Shown here: one piece after another, positions 39,301 to 52,340 of the stretch
Layout: the number at the start of each line of letters is the position of its first letter
Position numbering within the stretch: the first letter of the stretch is position 1
Source of the DNA: Tubiluchus corallicola
Taxonomy: Eukaryota; Animalia; Priapulida
Length of the DNA: 64,000 nucleotides
Assembly (NCBI GenBank): GCA_030141605.1
Contig: JAQGDQ010000060.1
Location: 62,001 to 126,000, forward strand
Direction: 5' to 3'
Program-made: the position numbers and the translations under genes
The notes under the pieces: generated by a model
The model's input: the letters and a program-made list of their open reading frames with translations, nothing else
What the model was told of the DNA's origin: nothing
The model's database searches: none

Positions 39301-42300
39301 TGATAACAAACGAAATCTTGTGGCACTCTTCTGAGCATATAAAGCTATAAAGATCCAATACATCCAATCATGAACCTTTTCTTCATACAGATCAGCCCAC
39401 TGCAAGCCAGACTTCAGCAGGATCGACTACTAATCTTGGATAACGGTGGTAGGAGAGGAATTAGCTCAGTTCAAAGAATAATGCTCCAAGATGAGGCATA
39501 AACCATTTGGCAATACTCATAAGTCATTCATATGCATATAAATCCTTCCTCAGCAAGATGAATAGAATAGGGCAGAAATGGAATGACAAATGAAACAATC
39601 AGCCATTCATTTGGTAACAAGACTGATGTGTTTAACCGTGTTGTAAGGCACACACGCACGCACGTACACACGCATCCATGCACTTATGCACGCATGCATA
39701 CACACACTCATGATGCACACACACACACACACAAGGTGACCACTCAGCTTCCTGAGCAACATTCCGACGGCTCAACTATTACACTTGCCCTCAATTACAA
39801 ACTAGTACTCCTTTTACTCTGGCAAATCTAGCTGAGATCAACATGATCAAGTTTGTTCTTTTTGTCTGTAAGTACTTACATTTGGAAAATCCAATCCCAA
39901 GTTAAATTTTTCATCCAGCCAATGACTTTTGTCGAAAGTGGGTGCTGAAAAAAGGGAAAAACGAAATATACCACAATCAGTGCAAAACTGGTACGTAAAA
40001 CTAGACAAGCTTGTTCTCTGTAACATTTCTGGTCAAGAATACAAACTGATGGATTGTAAATTAAGAGTTTGGATTCACACATGAACACCAAATAGCCCAT
40101 TTGCTTGTGTAAATACAGTTCATAACACTTATAACATTATGACAACTTATAATACACTTATAACAACTGAAAACGTGCCTCAGATATAGCTTATTGAAAA
40201 ACATGAATCTTTAGAATTGGCATTTATAGAGAGTTAGCAGCAAAAAATTTATTCAAATTAGGCTTCTACTTTTGTCTGCTGTTTATAGATGAATTGTTCA
40301 GCTAAGGTCAAAGTTCATTTGAAAGGCACAAAAGGCAGGAAAGTGGACAATGCAATAGTCTAACTTTAGTACATGATTTTAACCAGTTAAATCACTTTAA
40401 ATGCTTAAACAAATAGCATGATTCCATAGCCGGGATTCTCCCGAATAGAACAGTACCTAATTTGTAATCATTTAGTTGTGTCTGTGCTCGTACAGTAGCA
40501 GAAAATTCATAGGTCTTATAAGATCTAGTTTGAATGGTGCGGTGCTGAAGAGGTTAAAGAGACACTGTTTGCAGTGGGGGCAGCACAAATGCAAGATAAG
40601 ATGAATGTTCTTCTTGATGGTTAGCTATAAATGTCAACGTGTTCTAACAATTCACCTACTTACAGCATTTTAATTAAAAGTACTTAATTATCCGTGTGTG
40701 TTCTTTGTGTGCACTGGTACATAGGCAGTTTGTGCGCATGAGAGAAACTTGTTACATTTACATGAGCGTGCGAGCAAGTGTACGTCTATGAGGTTAGAGC
40801 ATTAGAATGCATGTGGGCAGTATGCTGATATAACTCATACCTGCCCCGTCTGTTTTTTCCTTATCATCTTGAGGTTTGTTATCTCTGCCTTACCAACTCC
40901 ACATTGATTACATCTAGATTTTGAAAATTATGAATATTTCATTACGTCTGTAATTCTCATCCATTCACCCCTTTCCATGTTCACCACTTTTTCCCCAAAT
41001 TGTCTTTTTTTGGATTCATTCATGTGATTTATTAAGTTAACCCTGCACAAGCTTTCTTATAGTGTTGACTTGATGCGTCTTCATCTGCTGATGATTTATA
41101 AACTTTGTATGTTACATATTGTTACACTATATAAATATATGTAAACTAAATAGTGTAACTACAGTGTTCCCTCACTTATAGCGGGTGTTCCGTTCCAGGC
41201 GAATTTCCGCGAAGTAGGGACGCTATACTTATTTTAGCAGTTATACATTATTTTAAGTCTTAATAAACTCTCCCCATACTCTTATACATAACCCTTTCCC
41301 GTTCCCTTAATAACTTTTCCCATACTGAACATGTACCTTTGAAAAAACTTTACCTGAATGTGATTTTTTACGCAAAATTCATCAAATCTATACATTACTG
41401 TATAATACGTACTACGCATGTGCAAAAATACTTTAGAAGGAATACCACAAAAACCCGAGAAACAGCGAACAGCGAAAATACCGCGATAAATATTTTACAC
41501 TAATATTTTTGAAAAGCCGCGAAACAGCAAGTGCGCGATAAACGAACCGCGAAGTAGCGAGGGAACACTGTATATTTTTAACTGATTGTGTGCTTGCATG
41601 GCAAAAACGTCCATAAGTCGGCAATTAAGCTTTTCTAGTTTCGCATATCCTGAATCTCCATTTCTTGTGAATCATTTTGATACCAAGCTCTCATTGCTCT
41701 ACGTTATTTCTAAGCTGAGATAATCCACGTTGAAATTGAGGTGCAAGCTACACACCAAAAAAACATAAACTTGAGAAAATTCCTATTAAATTTAGTCATT
41801 GTTTTTGTCACGTTTCTACAAAACACTAAGCAACCATACAAATCTTGGTTGCTACGGACTTTGCGAGAACACATTGATCTTATTTTTAATCCAGTAGATG
41901 GCGCTTTCTGACGAAGATCTGGGCTTGGCAATAGAAAAACCTGAAGCAAAATGACTGCTTCCATGAGCTACTACTGGAATTTCAAGTTTTTCTCAACTGT
42001 ATTACGTACTAGTTTCTAGACAGAAAAGTGAATATGGGGTTATAAAACTAGATTTCTAGTATTTTTCTTTACAGTTTGGTGCTAGAATGTTAAAGTTGAA
42101 TATATTTAACATTTGTTTTTGTAAACAAAAAAAACAAAATATTGACACTCGACCAAATTTTTAGTGCATTCTACTTTGAAGTATCATAACGTAGTTTAAC
42201 TATGCTGGACTTATGGACTAACCTAGTTTGCATGCACACATATACAAAACACTGTGAATATATATAATACGTACGTGGGCCAGTTTCGTATCTCTTTTCC

Positions 42301-44878
42301 TCATAGTCCGCTCCTGCATATTCTAGCAAATATCTTATGGGTTGAACTAGCTGTAAAAAAACAAATAAAACAAGTTTTATCTACAGAAAAAATGCTAAAT
42401 AAGCAGCACTGAAACCCACTGCAAACGCAAATAACTCCATCGGAACAGTAACCAGAATTGTACCTATCAAGCTCTTCATCTCATTTTAAACAACAAATAA
42501 TTTCAGAAGCAAATTTCCTTAAAAGCTGCAGGTAACTACTACGTTAGAGTACTGATAAACAGTAATACATGCTAGTGTAAATATCATTAGTAGTAGAACA
42601 AACACTAGACTGTATGAGATTACAGTGGGAAAAGACAAAAATGAGTCAGCATTTTTCAGCGACACACACATAGTTCACGTACTGATTGTATTCAGTAAAG
42701 ATCCAAATTCTAGACAAATGTAGAACTTGGAATGCAATGTTTGTAACTTGACTGCAGGTGCCAACTATTACGAAGGCCTTATAAGAGGAATTAATTTAAT
42801 TGATAATTTAATTTAATTGATAACTGTGGCGTCTCACTTTGATATGTAAAAATCTTAAGCAAATCATTTTTTTGATATCTACTGTACTTCAAAATTTAGA
42901 CAAACCGTAACTTCTTCAGAATTCTGGTTGATTCAAATGCTATCAACTTGTCGTTAACTAAGACAACAAAGATGTTAAGCTCACGTTACCCTGGCATTCT
43001 GTCCATCCGGTTTTACTAACCATCCAGCCTATTACCAATTTAAATAGTAAATAATTTACTACCGAATTTAAATTCAATATTTATATTAGTCGTGTGTACC
43101 GGTTTGGCAGATCATATATTATATTGTCACTTACATTTATCACCTATCGTAAAGTAACAAAATAATCAGTGTTCAACATTTCTTGTGTAACATTCAAACT
43201 GTTCTTTAACGAAAAAAAAACACACACACAAAAATGTGTACAGCTTATGTGTGGGCTTATGTGCATTAATAATTTATTATTTGCTGTTTATCTAGTCAAG
43301 TCACTTTATTTATGAATACCTTCATTCGTGGTTGCTACTTTTAATCACACGTACTAAAAAGGTAATTAAAATCAGTTACTGCTTCAAAGTTAGTAAAACA
43401 GCGCTTTGTTATAATATTCTTATTATTTTGGTTCTCTGATTAAGACATCATGTAAAATTCCTTCATTTTGTTGTGTTTTCCATTTCCGTTTTGTTGCATT
43501 TACAATATGACTTAGTTGCAGCTTATTCCTACATAATATATTGCTTGTATTCATCAGCATAACATTAACACAGTGTACAGTCAAAGCTCTTTAAACTGCC
43601 TACTTTAGAACTGAAATAAAGTTGCTGTCATAGTGAGTTTGCATTATAACAAGTAGTGATCGGCGATTTTGCAATTTTCTAATTTGATAATCTTATTCTT
43701 GTAATTTCATATCACGATTAATCTTTTGCGGTAATTTTTTAGTCTTTTAGTTGTATTTTACAAATGTAGCACTGAAATATAGCCTATAAACTTCTTCACT
43801 GCCTGCTATTTTCAAACTCGCAAACTATTTTTATAGACACGTACATTCACTAACTACTCAACCACACACGTCACGTGTCAACGAATTTGAAACTCCACTT
43901 TGCACCACTGTGCTTGCAATCGTGTGCATTGTGTAAAGTGAGAAAAATGAAGAAAAATGCAAGGATTAAATTTATTCGTGCTAAAGCACTGCCTTTCAGT
44001 CAGTGTGCAACACGTACATTTTGTTCTCGATTACCTGAATTACTGTTCAATAGCCGATTATATCGATTTATGGTTGTAATCTCGAGTAATTCGATTAATC
44101 TATTAATCGACCATCACTAATAACGAGGTGCATTAATACATACATGTTATATGCAAATGTAGAAATTTGCAAATTTCATTTGTTAACATTGTTACTTTCT
44201 TCATTTGTGTTGATCTATGTGACATTTTACACAACAGGCCGTTCAAATTTATTTTAATATTTTAATTATGTACATGTTATATGCAAATATAGACATTTTG
44301 TTTTGCTAAAAATTTCGATGTTAAGAGAGATTGGCGCCATAAATGGGATAGGGGGGTTACAACGATATTTACGATTTAATTACCGATTTTGTTTGTTTAC
44401 ATTGTTACTTTTTCCATTCATGTTGATCTACTTGTCATTTTATACAGCAGGCTACTGAATATTACAAACTGATATACTGATATAATATTTTAATTATGTA
44501 TGTTACTAACTGCTATAACTTATCCTACATACAGCAAAACATATATTTATTCCTAAGTACTCAATATTTCTTTGCTGGTAACAACATCCTGCATTCTGCA
44601 GTCTTTTAACGTATTCTCAAGCTACATACGGGTGCTTGACTTGATGACACTTCGGCTTTTCGCCACCCCCTCTCTACATTCTTTACTCAATCTGTTTATA
44701 AGGCATTACCTAAATGAATTTTGTATTAGAGATGAATAAATTTTTTGAATTGCATTGAATTAAATGAGCAAATGACTCAAGTTGTAAATATGTGTGTTTA
44801 AGATAAATTATCTAACAACATAATAATAACATAACCTGTTACCCCTCTAATTTTCCAATATCCAAGTGTCGGAGCCAT
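33370..44878 (-). CDS. GSTM: Glutathione S-transferase, mu class (copy B), 221 aa; complement(join(33370..33462,34725..34931,37133..37239,37589..37670,39880..39944,42275..42350,44843..44878))
   Basis: [18 protein letters not shown], mu-loop [45 protein letters not shown]. Exon sizes 36/76/65/82/107/207/93; all junctions GT-AG and in phase. Confidence 0.95.
34282..34687. mobile_element. hAT-Tip100-like MITE
   Basis: CAGGGCCGCCTTAATGC / GCATTAAGATGGCTCTG TIR; perfect 8-bp TSD ATTTAATC. Confidence 0.85.
36224..36911. mobile_element. Tigger-like MITE
   Basis: TA|CAGTAAGTCCTCGCTTAA ... TTAAGCAACGAGTTACTG|TA. Confidence 0.7.
38199..38835 (+). mobile_element. 5'-truncated RTE-clade LINE, antisense in GST-B intron 3
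   Basis: [14 protein letters not shown]...RISKA / LYASKTW...[13 protein letters not shown] / AGHI.R...[13 protein letters not shown] across frameshifts; (TAAGG)n-like tail; candidate TSD GTATGT (38193-38198 and 38836-38841). Confidence 0.9.
39649..39732. repeat. Degenerate (CA)n microsatellite
   Basis: Seen directly. Confidence 0.7.
41162..41570. mobile_element. Tigger-like MITE, family T2
   Basis: TA|CAGTGTTCCCTC...GAGGGAACACTG|TA; both ends match 17224-17661. Confidence 0.85.
41587..42240 (+). mobile_element. Family B TIR element (654 bp)
   Basis: TGTGTGCTTGCATGGCAAAAACGTCCATAAGTC ... TGCATGCACACA; contains CCAGTAGATGGCGCT at 41891. Confidence 0.8.
42641..42656 (+). promoter_or_regulatory. 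CNC/Nrf2-sMaf antioxidant response element in GST-B intron 1
   Basis: ATGAGTCAGCATTTTT: full core plus the AT-rich flank preferred by small Maf proteins. Confidence 0.6.
43654..44119. mobile_element. hAT-Ac-like MITE
   Basis: TAGTGATCGGCGATT / AATCGACCATCACTA; TSD ATAACAAG/ATAACGAG. Confidence 0.75.
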
Positions 44879-45280
44879 ATCAACCTTTCTTTACGGACTT
44901 TGACCTGCCGCTACACCAACAGATAATGCACAGTGGCTGTACGTCGATTCAAGACCTTAAAAAAGGGAAAAAACATAACAACAACTTAGACAGCTTTGTA
45001 GTTTTAATCGACGTTATTTACACATTTCGCGATGTTCAGAACTTTTATATGGAGTGTAACAATTCTTCCCAGTGGAACGTTTCAATAACTATGTGATGAT
45101 TAAAAGCACATATACTGTGATACAGTTATAAAATTAAAAAAATTATAATGCAGTAATACTATAAGGCAGCTATAATAAAACCATGTATCAGTTACACCTG
45201 TAAGCATTTTCTTGTTTAATAATGATTTAAAACTACATGATAATAAATTATCGCTGGTATCATAATCTGTAGGCACATAT

Positions 45281-45340
45281 CAGGGCTCAATTATGACCTT
45301 TTGGGTCCTTAGGGTAATGAAATTATAGGCCCCCTCAGAC
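45281..45340. mobile_element. Single end of a hAT-Tip100-like element (matching inverted end at ~60985-61043)
   Basis: CAGGGC...ATTATGACCTTTTGGGTCC.TAGG.T.ATGAAATTAT.AGGCCCC.TCAGA occurs at both loci. Confidence 0.55.
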
Positions 45341-47459
45341 GGAGCCACCCTCTAACTCACTGGCACCATCTTGAATATTTTTTACTCGTGATACATTTTA
45401 CCACCGACTTACACGGTTGGAAGTAAAGTACTGGCCTCATTTTCTGAAATTAAAATTTTATTTAGAGTTAAATTATTCAGCACTGAAAAAAATTAAAACT
45501 GTACACTCATTTTTCAAAAGAACCTCTATTTGAAAATGTTTTAGCTGGACCAAGTTTATTTTCTCCAATAATGTCTCACTAATTCCATGTTACAAAAAAC
45601 CTACTTTATCCAGGGTGGAGATGAGGTGAGGAAAGACAGTAGGTCATCGAGTCACTCATCCCTTATAAATCAATATTGTAACTCACAGAAAGATTACAAT
45701 GGGTATAATTTTAGTTACTTAAATGGAATGATCAAATAAAGCAACAGTGGTATAAGTGAAGAGAAAATAGTAATAATAAATAAATGCAGATGATGAACAC
45801 GTAAGTTATAACCGTCATAAACAATATTCAGATCAAAAAATAATGTCGAAATATATTGTACAGCACCCAATTGCTAATACCTCTTGTAACACTGCCGCAA
45901 ATCCAGGCACAGCACAATTCCCGCACGCACAGAAGCGAAGTGCCATGCAGTAGTTACTATTCGAGAATACGCGTTATCGAGACCCTGATGACCGGTTTGA
46001 AACGATCTTGATCAAAAACTAGTCCATGGCCAAATCTCGCGAGCTTATGCATATAAATGTAAATAGCCCAGAAGAATGAGACTTGGCCGAATAGTGAGGC
46101 ATTTAAAAACATTTTTAAAGACCTCTGTTCAGCAGCTTCAGGTTTTATTCCTGGAAAGCATCGTAACGACGACAATGACCTACTTCTCTCAGTTAAAAAA
46201 CTTTTAAAAGGCAGATTGCATACTGCTGCCATCTGTTGACCATATTCCAAAACAACACAAGTAAAAAGTGACCATGTCCGTAAACATGTAAAAATTATTT
46301 TATTTAAGTTTTATAATTTTGATTACGTATGTGACGTCATTAAAGAGACACAACTTCAGTTATATTATATTTTAAATTACTGAGAGTTTATATTTGAATA
46401 GTCTAAGAATTGACAAGCAAAACAGTTGATGAAATAGGCATGCATTATCCACTACAATTATTATCATGGTTGAACAGAAACTGAAAATTAAACTTTAAGT
46501 AAGCTCATTAGCAATAAGTAACTAGTCACCAGGGTTAAAAAGTTATTAACAAACTTATGAAGTCTCTCTTGTTCATTTTTTAATCATTCACTACCCCCAC
46601 TCGTAGACAATCAATGTTACGTAACACTGTTTATGCACAGATTTAACTGTACACACCATGAAAATTACTGATTAGCCATCTACACACGCGCACGCACACA
46701 CACTTACTTATAAAAAAATTAATACTGATTTATAATTTCTTCAAAATTCTGAGTAGTCACATTTGCATTTTTTGCTGAAACCTATTATAATTATGAACAA
46801 ATCTGTCTAACAACGCAAAAACATATCATCAGCATAATATATGTTTATACAATATCAAATCACCTAGGCAGTAGGCACACGTCAGCTAAAATGTAGATCA
46901 TAATAGATAAAGGGACATTGCATTAACGTTGTAGCTGGATCACTAAGTCTTAATTATGCTACGTCAAAATGTGACCCATTTTGTTAAGGTGACCGTTATG
47001 CATCACATGTTCAAAGGAAATACATTTTTGTAAAAATTAAAATGTAAATGACCGTTGGCATATTTACTGTCTATAGCATAATAAACGGGAAATTAAAACA
47101 TTTTAAAAAGTGTAGCCATACGCATAAATATATACTTAAAAACAAATTCTGAAAAAGGTCAAAACGGAAATTTATAGAACTTATTTTCCATTCCTCTGGT
47201 AATTAAATTCGTTATCACGCACGCTATCAAGTATCAACATAAAACTATGATGTGTAATTATACAGGGGCGTGGTCTATTGCTGCTACAAAACTATAAATT
47301 TTCTTTAATAAATGAATTTCGTAGGAAGCAAATTTTAAGTTTGTCCTTTGAATTTTGGTGGAACATGGGTACAAACCAATTCAGCTTCAGGGAAACCTGA
47401 CCTTGGCGGCTATGAACCCGCCCTCTAGCAGCTACTAACAGTAACCAAATTACCCAGAA

Positions 47460-47588
47460 ATCCGCGGCGCAAATACTATAATCTTAGTGCACATGCGCCG
47501 AGTCTATATTGCAAATGGCGACTCTTGTTATTGTTCAATGGCATACGTAAAGTTGTCATAATTATGACAGAGAATTTGTCATTATCAG
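47460..47588 (+). promoter_or_regulatory. Probable NCOA6 promoter and first non-coding exon
   Basis: Local CpG enrichment, NRF1-like GCACATGCGC, YY1-like CAAATGGCG (47512-47520) and CAG|GTAAAA donor at 47588/47589. Confidence 0.45.
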
Positions 47589-48706
47589 GTAAAATTTAAC
47601 AGCTACCTCGCGTCTACATCATGTCGTGTACTTATTGCGATACAACACTAATGTTTCCGATTATTGCCGTTTATAATATCTGTAATCATTTCCTTCATAA
47701 CTTGACTGAATTTATGGGGTATGTCGAAAAAATGGAGTTACTTTTGACGCACACCTTTCAGGAACTACGCGCTTTATACGGTTATGCTCTGTAACAGTTT
47801 TTAAAGTACTCCGTAATAATTGTCTGCTTTATTCGCGTCACTGTGGTGTCTAACAGTGTGCATTATTATTTTAAGCGGTCATGGGAAATTATTTTTAAAA
47901 CTTGGGTCAGGTACACTAAATATAAGTGTGTGTGGACAGTAGTTATATAAATAAAATACCTAATTTCAGCTGCAGCGCTAAATTAGTTAGTGCTTGTGTT
48001 TTGCAGTATGGTTGTCATTTAAATGTACCAAATTAAGGATATTAACTAATACAGTGTGTGTATGTATGTTGCTTTTGAACGTACGTTTATTCTTAATAAT
48101 TTTAGCAGCTCATTTCTTTTGCTGTCATTAAATGCCTTTAGCTTGTAAGGACTTATCTTACTGATATTAGCAAGCATTTGCCGGATTTTTACCTTTTCGT
48201 TTAATACATATCTACAAAAAATATTATTAGTTACAAGTACTTTACCAGCTTAACCTTTGTCTTCTCTCTGTTGTTAGGTAACATTCATTGGTGGCCATTG
48301 AGGTTGTGGTTATTGGAACTTTTACTTTTTTGTTTCAACTGATTCCACGGGGTTCTGTTAAACACTTCTCAATGAAGATATTTTTCAATTTCTGGATTTG
48401 TTTCTTGCTTAGTCTTTTTTTTGCTTTTTTGAGTAACTGCTTGTGTTGTCTTTTAGTATATGATTTCTGAAATTTTATTCTAGATTTTATGGATACTTAA
48501 GTCTAAATTCCAGGTTTTTCATGATATTGGGCCCTTTCTACATGTAAACAGACTGATTACCTATAGATACACACCCTGTAGGTTTTTAACTTCCTTTATG
48601 GGGCATTGCTGTTGCAGACCCAAGGAATAAACTTAAGAACACTGCCTTATATGTCGTATTTTTTGGCAGCAGCATGACATAATTTTAAATTAACAATGGT
48701 ATTTAA

Positions 48707-49533
48707 AGGAAAGCCAAGAATCTCAGAAAGTTATTCTTATTTTAATATTTGAAAAGAATGCTAGAAAATTAAGCAATAAAATTGTGATAAGCGCTTCGCG
48801 TAATTAGTAAGATCAAATTGAAGTTGCGATCATTTCACTTTTTCTATCTCTTTTAATTCATATACAGTAATCAAAGATGATTATTAGGTTAAATTTCATG
48901 AAAACTACTTTTGTCCTAGACTAGGAGTTACTGGGAAATTTTTGAGTGTTTTTGCACTGACAACAATTGTTTTACTATTACTTTTATAATACACAAAAAC
49001 AATTCAGATAAATCCACACCACAAGCCTGCAATTTGTCAAGCGCGTTTTAGTTAGGATTTGCAAAACTAATGGCTTTTGTGCTAATGAATGAAATAATTG
49101 TAAATTTACTGCATTGAACAAACTCTGCCATGCTGCCTCGGTGTCCAAACTCTTTTCTTATTGATTTCGTGTAAGAATCCACTGTGTTCTTACAGTTTAC
49201 CCTTTGGGAAAATCAAAAAGGCCCCCTTTTTGTCACAAGGATTATTTGAGCAGCACATGGTGACCTGGCAGTGAAGCAAAAGCGGGAATGATAACAAAAC
49301 AGAAAATTTGACCTTGTCGCAATAATAAAGCAGTGCAGCTTGAGATACCAGTGACGTCATGCTGTACCTTGTTAGTATTATTTTTATCTGTTGCATATAG
49401 TCCGTTGAAGTAGGTGTGGACATAGCTATGATTTGATCTTATTACTAAAAATTCTTCCAGTTCATCATTAAAACTGCCCATTTATTATACTGTCCACGAA
49501 CAATAGTACTTTACCAAAATTCTAGAGGTTCCT
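48707..49533. mobile_element. Degenerate Kolobok-like non-autonomous element
   Basis: TTAA|AGGAAAGCCAAGAATCTCAGAAAG versus the reverse complement of the right end, AGGAACCTCTAGAATTTTGGTAAAG; right TSD decayed. Confidence 0.4.
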
Positions 49534-50128
49534 TTGTATTGTCAAATGATATATAACATTTTTTTTATTATGTTTTATATTTTTGTAGATGTAATCATAC
49601 AGTTCATTTTTTAAAAACACAGTAATGGAGTCCTGGCATGTAACATTTTCTGCTTTTTTATAGTTTAATGAATTTCATTTTAAAATTAATAAGGTGAAAG
49701 TAAACAAGTATAACCGATTTTGTTCGTTTTGAATTTAGGAATGCCTGTAAGTTAGATAATTTAAGTTTAATTGTTATAACCAGTAATTTTAAATTTTCAT
49801 GGTCGATGAGTACATTGTACAAAGAAGTATGTACAATGATAGTGCCAAAAGTTTGCTATTATTTTTGAAATCAATGTGTATTGTTGGATCACAGACACGA
49901 AAAGAGAAAATTTCGTGTGATTGTTGTGTAGTCATTCTGTTTGTTAGTATAAGTGCCATACTGAATGCTTGCCATATGTACCATGGTTTCCACTCACCCA
50001 TTGTTGAAAAACTGGCCCTTGATTAGTAATTTCTGCATGTGTGCTATTCAGAAAAAAATGTTTAAGGTAGCGTAGTTTGAAACCTTGTAAATTATTTTGA
50101 GTTTGAATTTGTAAATTTTGACAGTAGT

Positions 50129-50129
<1 letters not shown>

Positions 50130-50199
<70 letters not shown>

Positions 50200-50232
50200 C
50201 TCGTTCTCGCTCTCACTCACTCACTCTCTCAC
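50130..50232. repeat. (CT)n microsatellite
   Basis: Seen directly. Confidence 0.9.
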
Positions 50233-50692
50233 TCTGTTTTGGTCTCTTACTTCGCATTGCGCATGTAAACATTTTCAGTTCTTGTACATTTATACCCTTT
50301 TAAATTAAAAAAGGCACCAATTCCATTTGAATATCAAGAAAATTGAGCCTGATCTTTGTTGTTCATTCAAACTTCATGTCCTTGGTTTTCACAATACTGG
50401 CTTCCCATTGCTGTTCAGTTTGATTGGCTTCTTCCTGGATAGTGTCATGCTCAATATCTAAAATTCAATGTGACCTTGATAACCACGAAGAGATTTTCAA
50501 AATTTATCAGTTGTTTGCTTAAAGTTGACTCTAACATTCTTTAATTAATATTAATCCTTCATAATAGCAGAGCAACATCAAGAAGGAGAGTAGCATTTAA
50601 AGGACAAGAAAGGGGGGGGGGTAACTGAAGTAGGTTGTCAGAAAAAAAATCATCTTAAAAAATTATATTACTTTATAGCAATTTTATTCGTA

Positions 50693-51131
50693 CAGTCATA
50701 CCTCGGTTTTCGACCATAATTCGTTCCTAAAAAGTGTTTGAAAACCGATTTGGTTGAGTACCGAATCATTTATTCCCATAAGAAATAATGTAAAAGTAAT
50801 AATGTAATAATAATGTTAGTGACATCTATGTGATATTATTGATAAGAAAAACATAATAGAATTCCTTAGAAAGAAAAACATAATTATTCCTGCATGAAAA
50901 AACCTTACATGTTGGTAGCAGTGTGATGGCTTACGTAAGCAAGAGCAGAAACACGTGTGTGACTACTCTTGGGTACGCTCGGCTCTACTCGGCTCGCCGC
51001 GCATGCGTTCATCATGTGCTTGGTCGAGTACCGAAATTCTGGTTGAGAACGGAAACAATTTCAACTCGAATTTTCTGGTCGAAAACCGATTTGTACGAGT
51101 ACAGAGACATTCGAAAACCGAGGTATGACTG
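50693..51131. mobile_element. Tigger-like MITE with perfect TIRs
   Basis: TA|CAGTCATACCTCGGTTTTCGA ... TCGAAAACCGAGGTATGACTG|TA (21/21). Confidence 0.9.
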
Positions 51132-52340
51132 TATATCGTACTTGCATTGAAAGGATTTTTCGTCTGTTTTCATTTTAAATCTTTCGCAACACTTTTCGAC
51201 CGCTCTATTACATGACGTAGTATACGCACAACATAAATCAGGCGAAGAAAAGGAAATGTTAAACTATGTCCCAAATAAAAGTCACTGACTCGCCGTCCAG
51301 GGTGTGCCACTCATTAACCAAAAACGACAAGTACAGTAATTTAAATTTTACTCACTTAGCAACATGTGTGCTACGAATGCTGTATTCTTTTTTCAAACGT
51401 TACTTAATGTTATCAAAACTCATTTCAAAAGACCTACCATTAAATGACTGCACCTAACGGTCATCGCGGGAGTTTAAATTTATAATTTTTTACACAGAGT
51501 TACTGCCAACGCAAGCCCTGCATGCAAAAAGGCAGTATGTAAGTGGTACAAAATTTCAAGGCTAATTTTTTGAGTATTATGTAAGGGAAGGTTTTCTTGT
51601 GCTTTAAGAATTTTTGAAACAAAAAATTCACCTGCTGTTATTTGTTTGTACAGCTAGTGTTGTGATGAGATCATTCTTATGCTCGGTAACATTAGTATTA
51701 TGCCAGATTTACTCGTTAAAGGATTCATTCAATGTTAAACTAAGTCCTATAGCCCAAAATAATGTATCCTGTGTAATTTTGAAAGGGACATATTGTTTTT
51801 CAAGCAGAACTTATGTGAAATAATTATTGCCATAGGAACCCAATTTTGCATTCGCGTGGCAATTTTTTGCTGTTATATGCATTACATGGGAAGTAGTGCG
51901 GTAGTTAGGCGAACATTAGCACCTGCATCTCTAAAACACGTTGCATAAAAACGGGCTCTGCACCTTCCTGTTGTTCAGTTGTGATATAGCACACATGTTT
52001 GAGAGCAGCTGTAAACTTGAAATTTAAATTTTTATACTTAAAATTTGCCGAGTCTTGTGTAGTGCACTGAATGTGTACAGTAGCACTATACGTTAATTTT
52101 TGCTTTCATAGACGTGTGGGATGCTCATGGAATGTTTGTGCTGTTGAGAATTGTGTTCATTTGTGACGCCATCACTAGCTGGGCTCCTCGGCTGTTAATT
52201 TAGTTTTAACATGTTATTTAGTTATCGGAGACAGTGGTGAGACTTATGCTCTTGGTTTTTAATGTATGATATCATTTACCTAATAGTTTTCAATTATTTC
52301 TGAGTACGTAATCATTGTTGAAATTTTAACAGATGACACA

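Noticed and set aside
45957-46250. 97-aa ORF resembling a mitochondrial presequence for GST-B
   Set aside because: In-frame stops (TAG TAA near 45957, and a TAA 12 nt before the GST ATG) block fusion, and no credible alternative splice sites bypass them.
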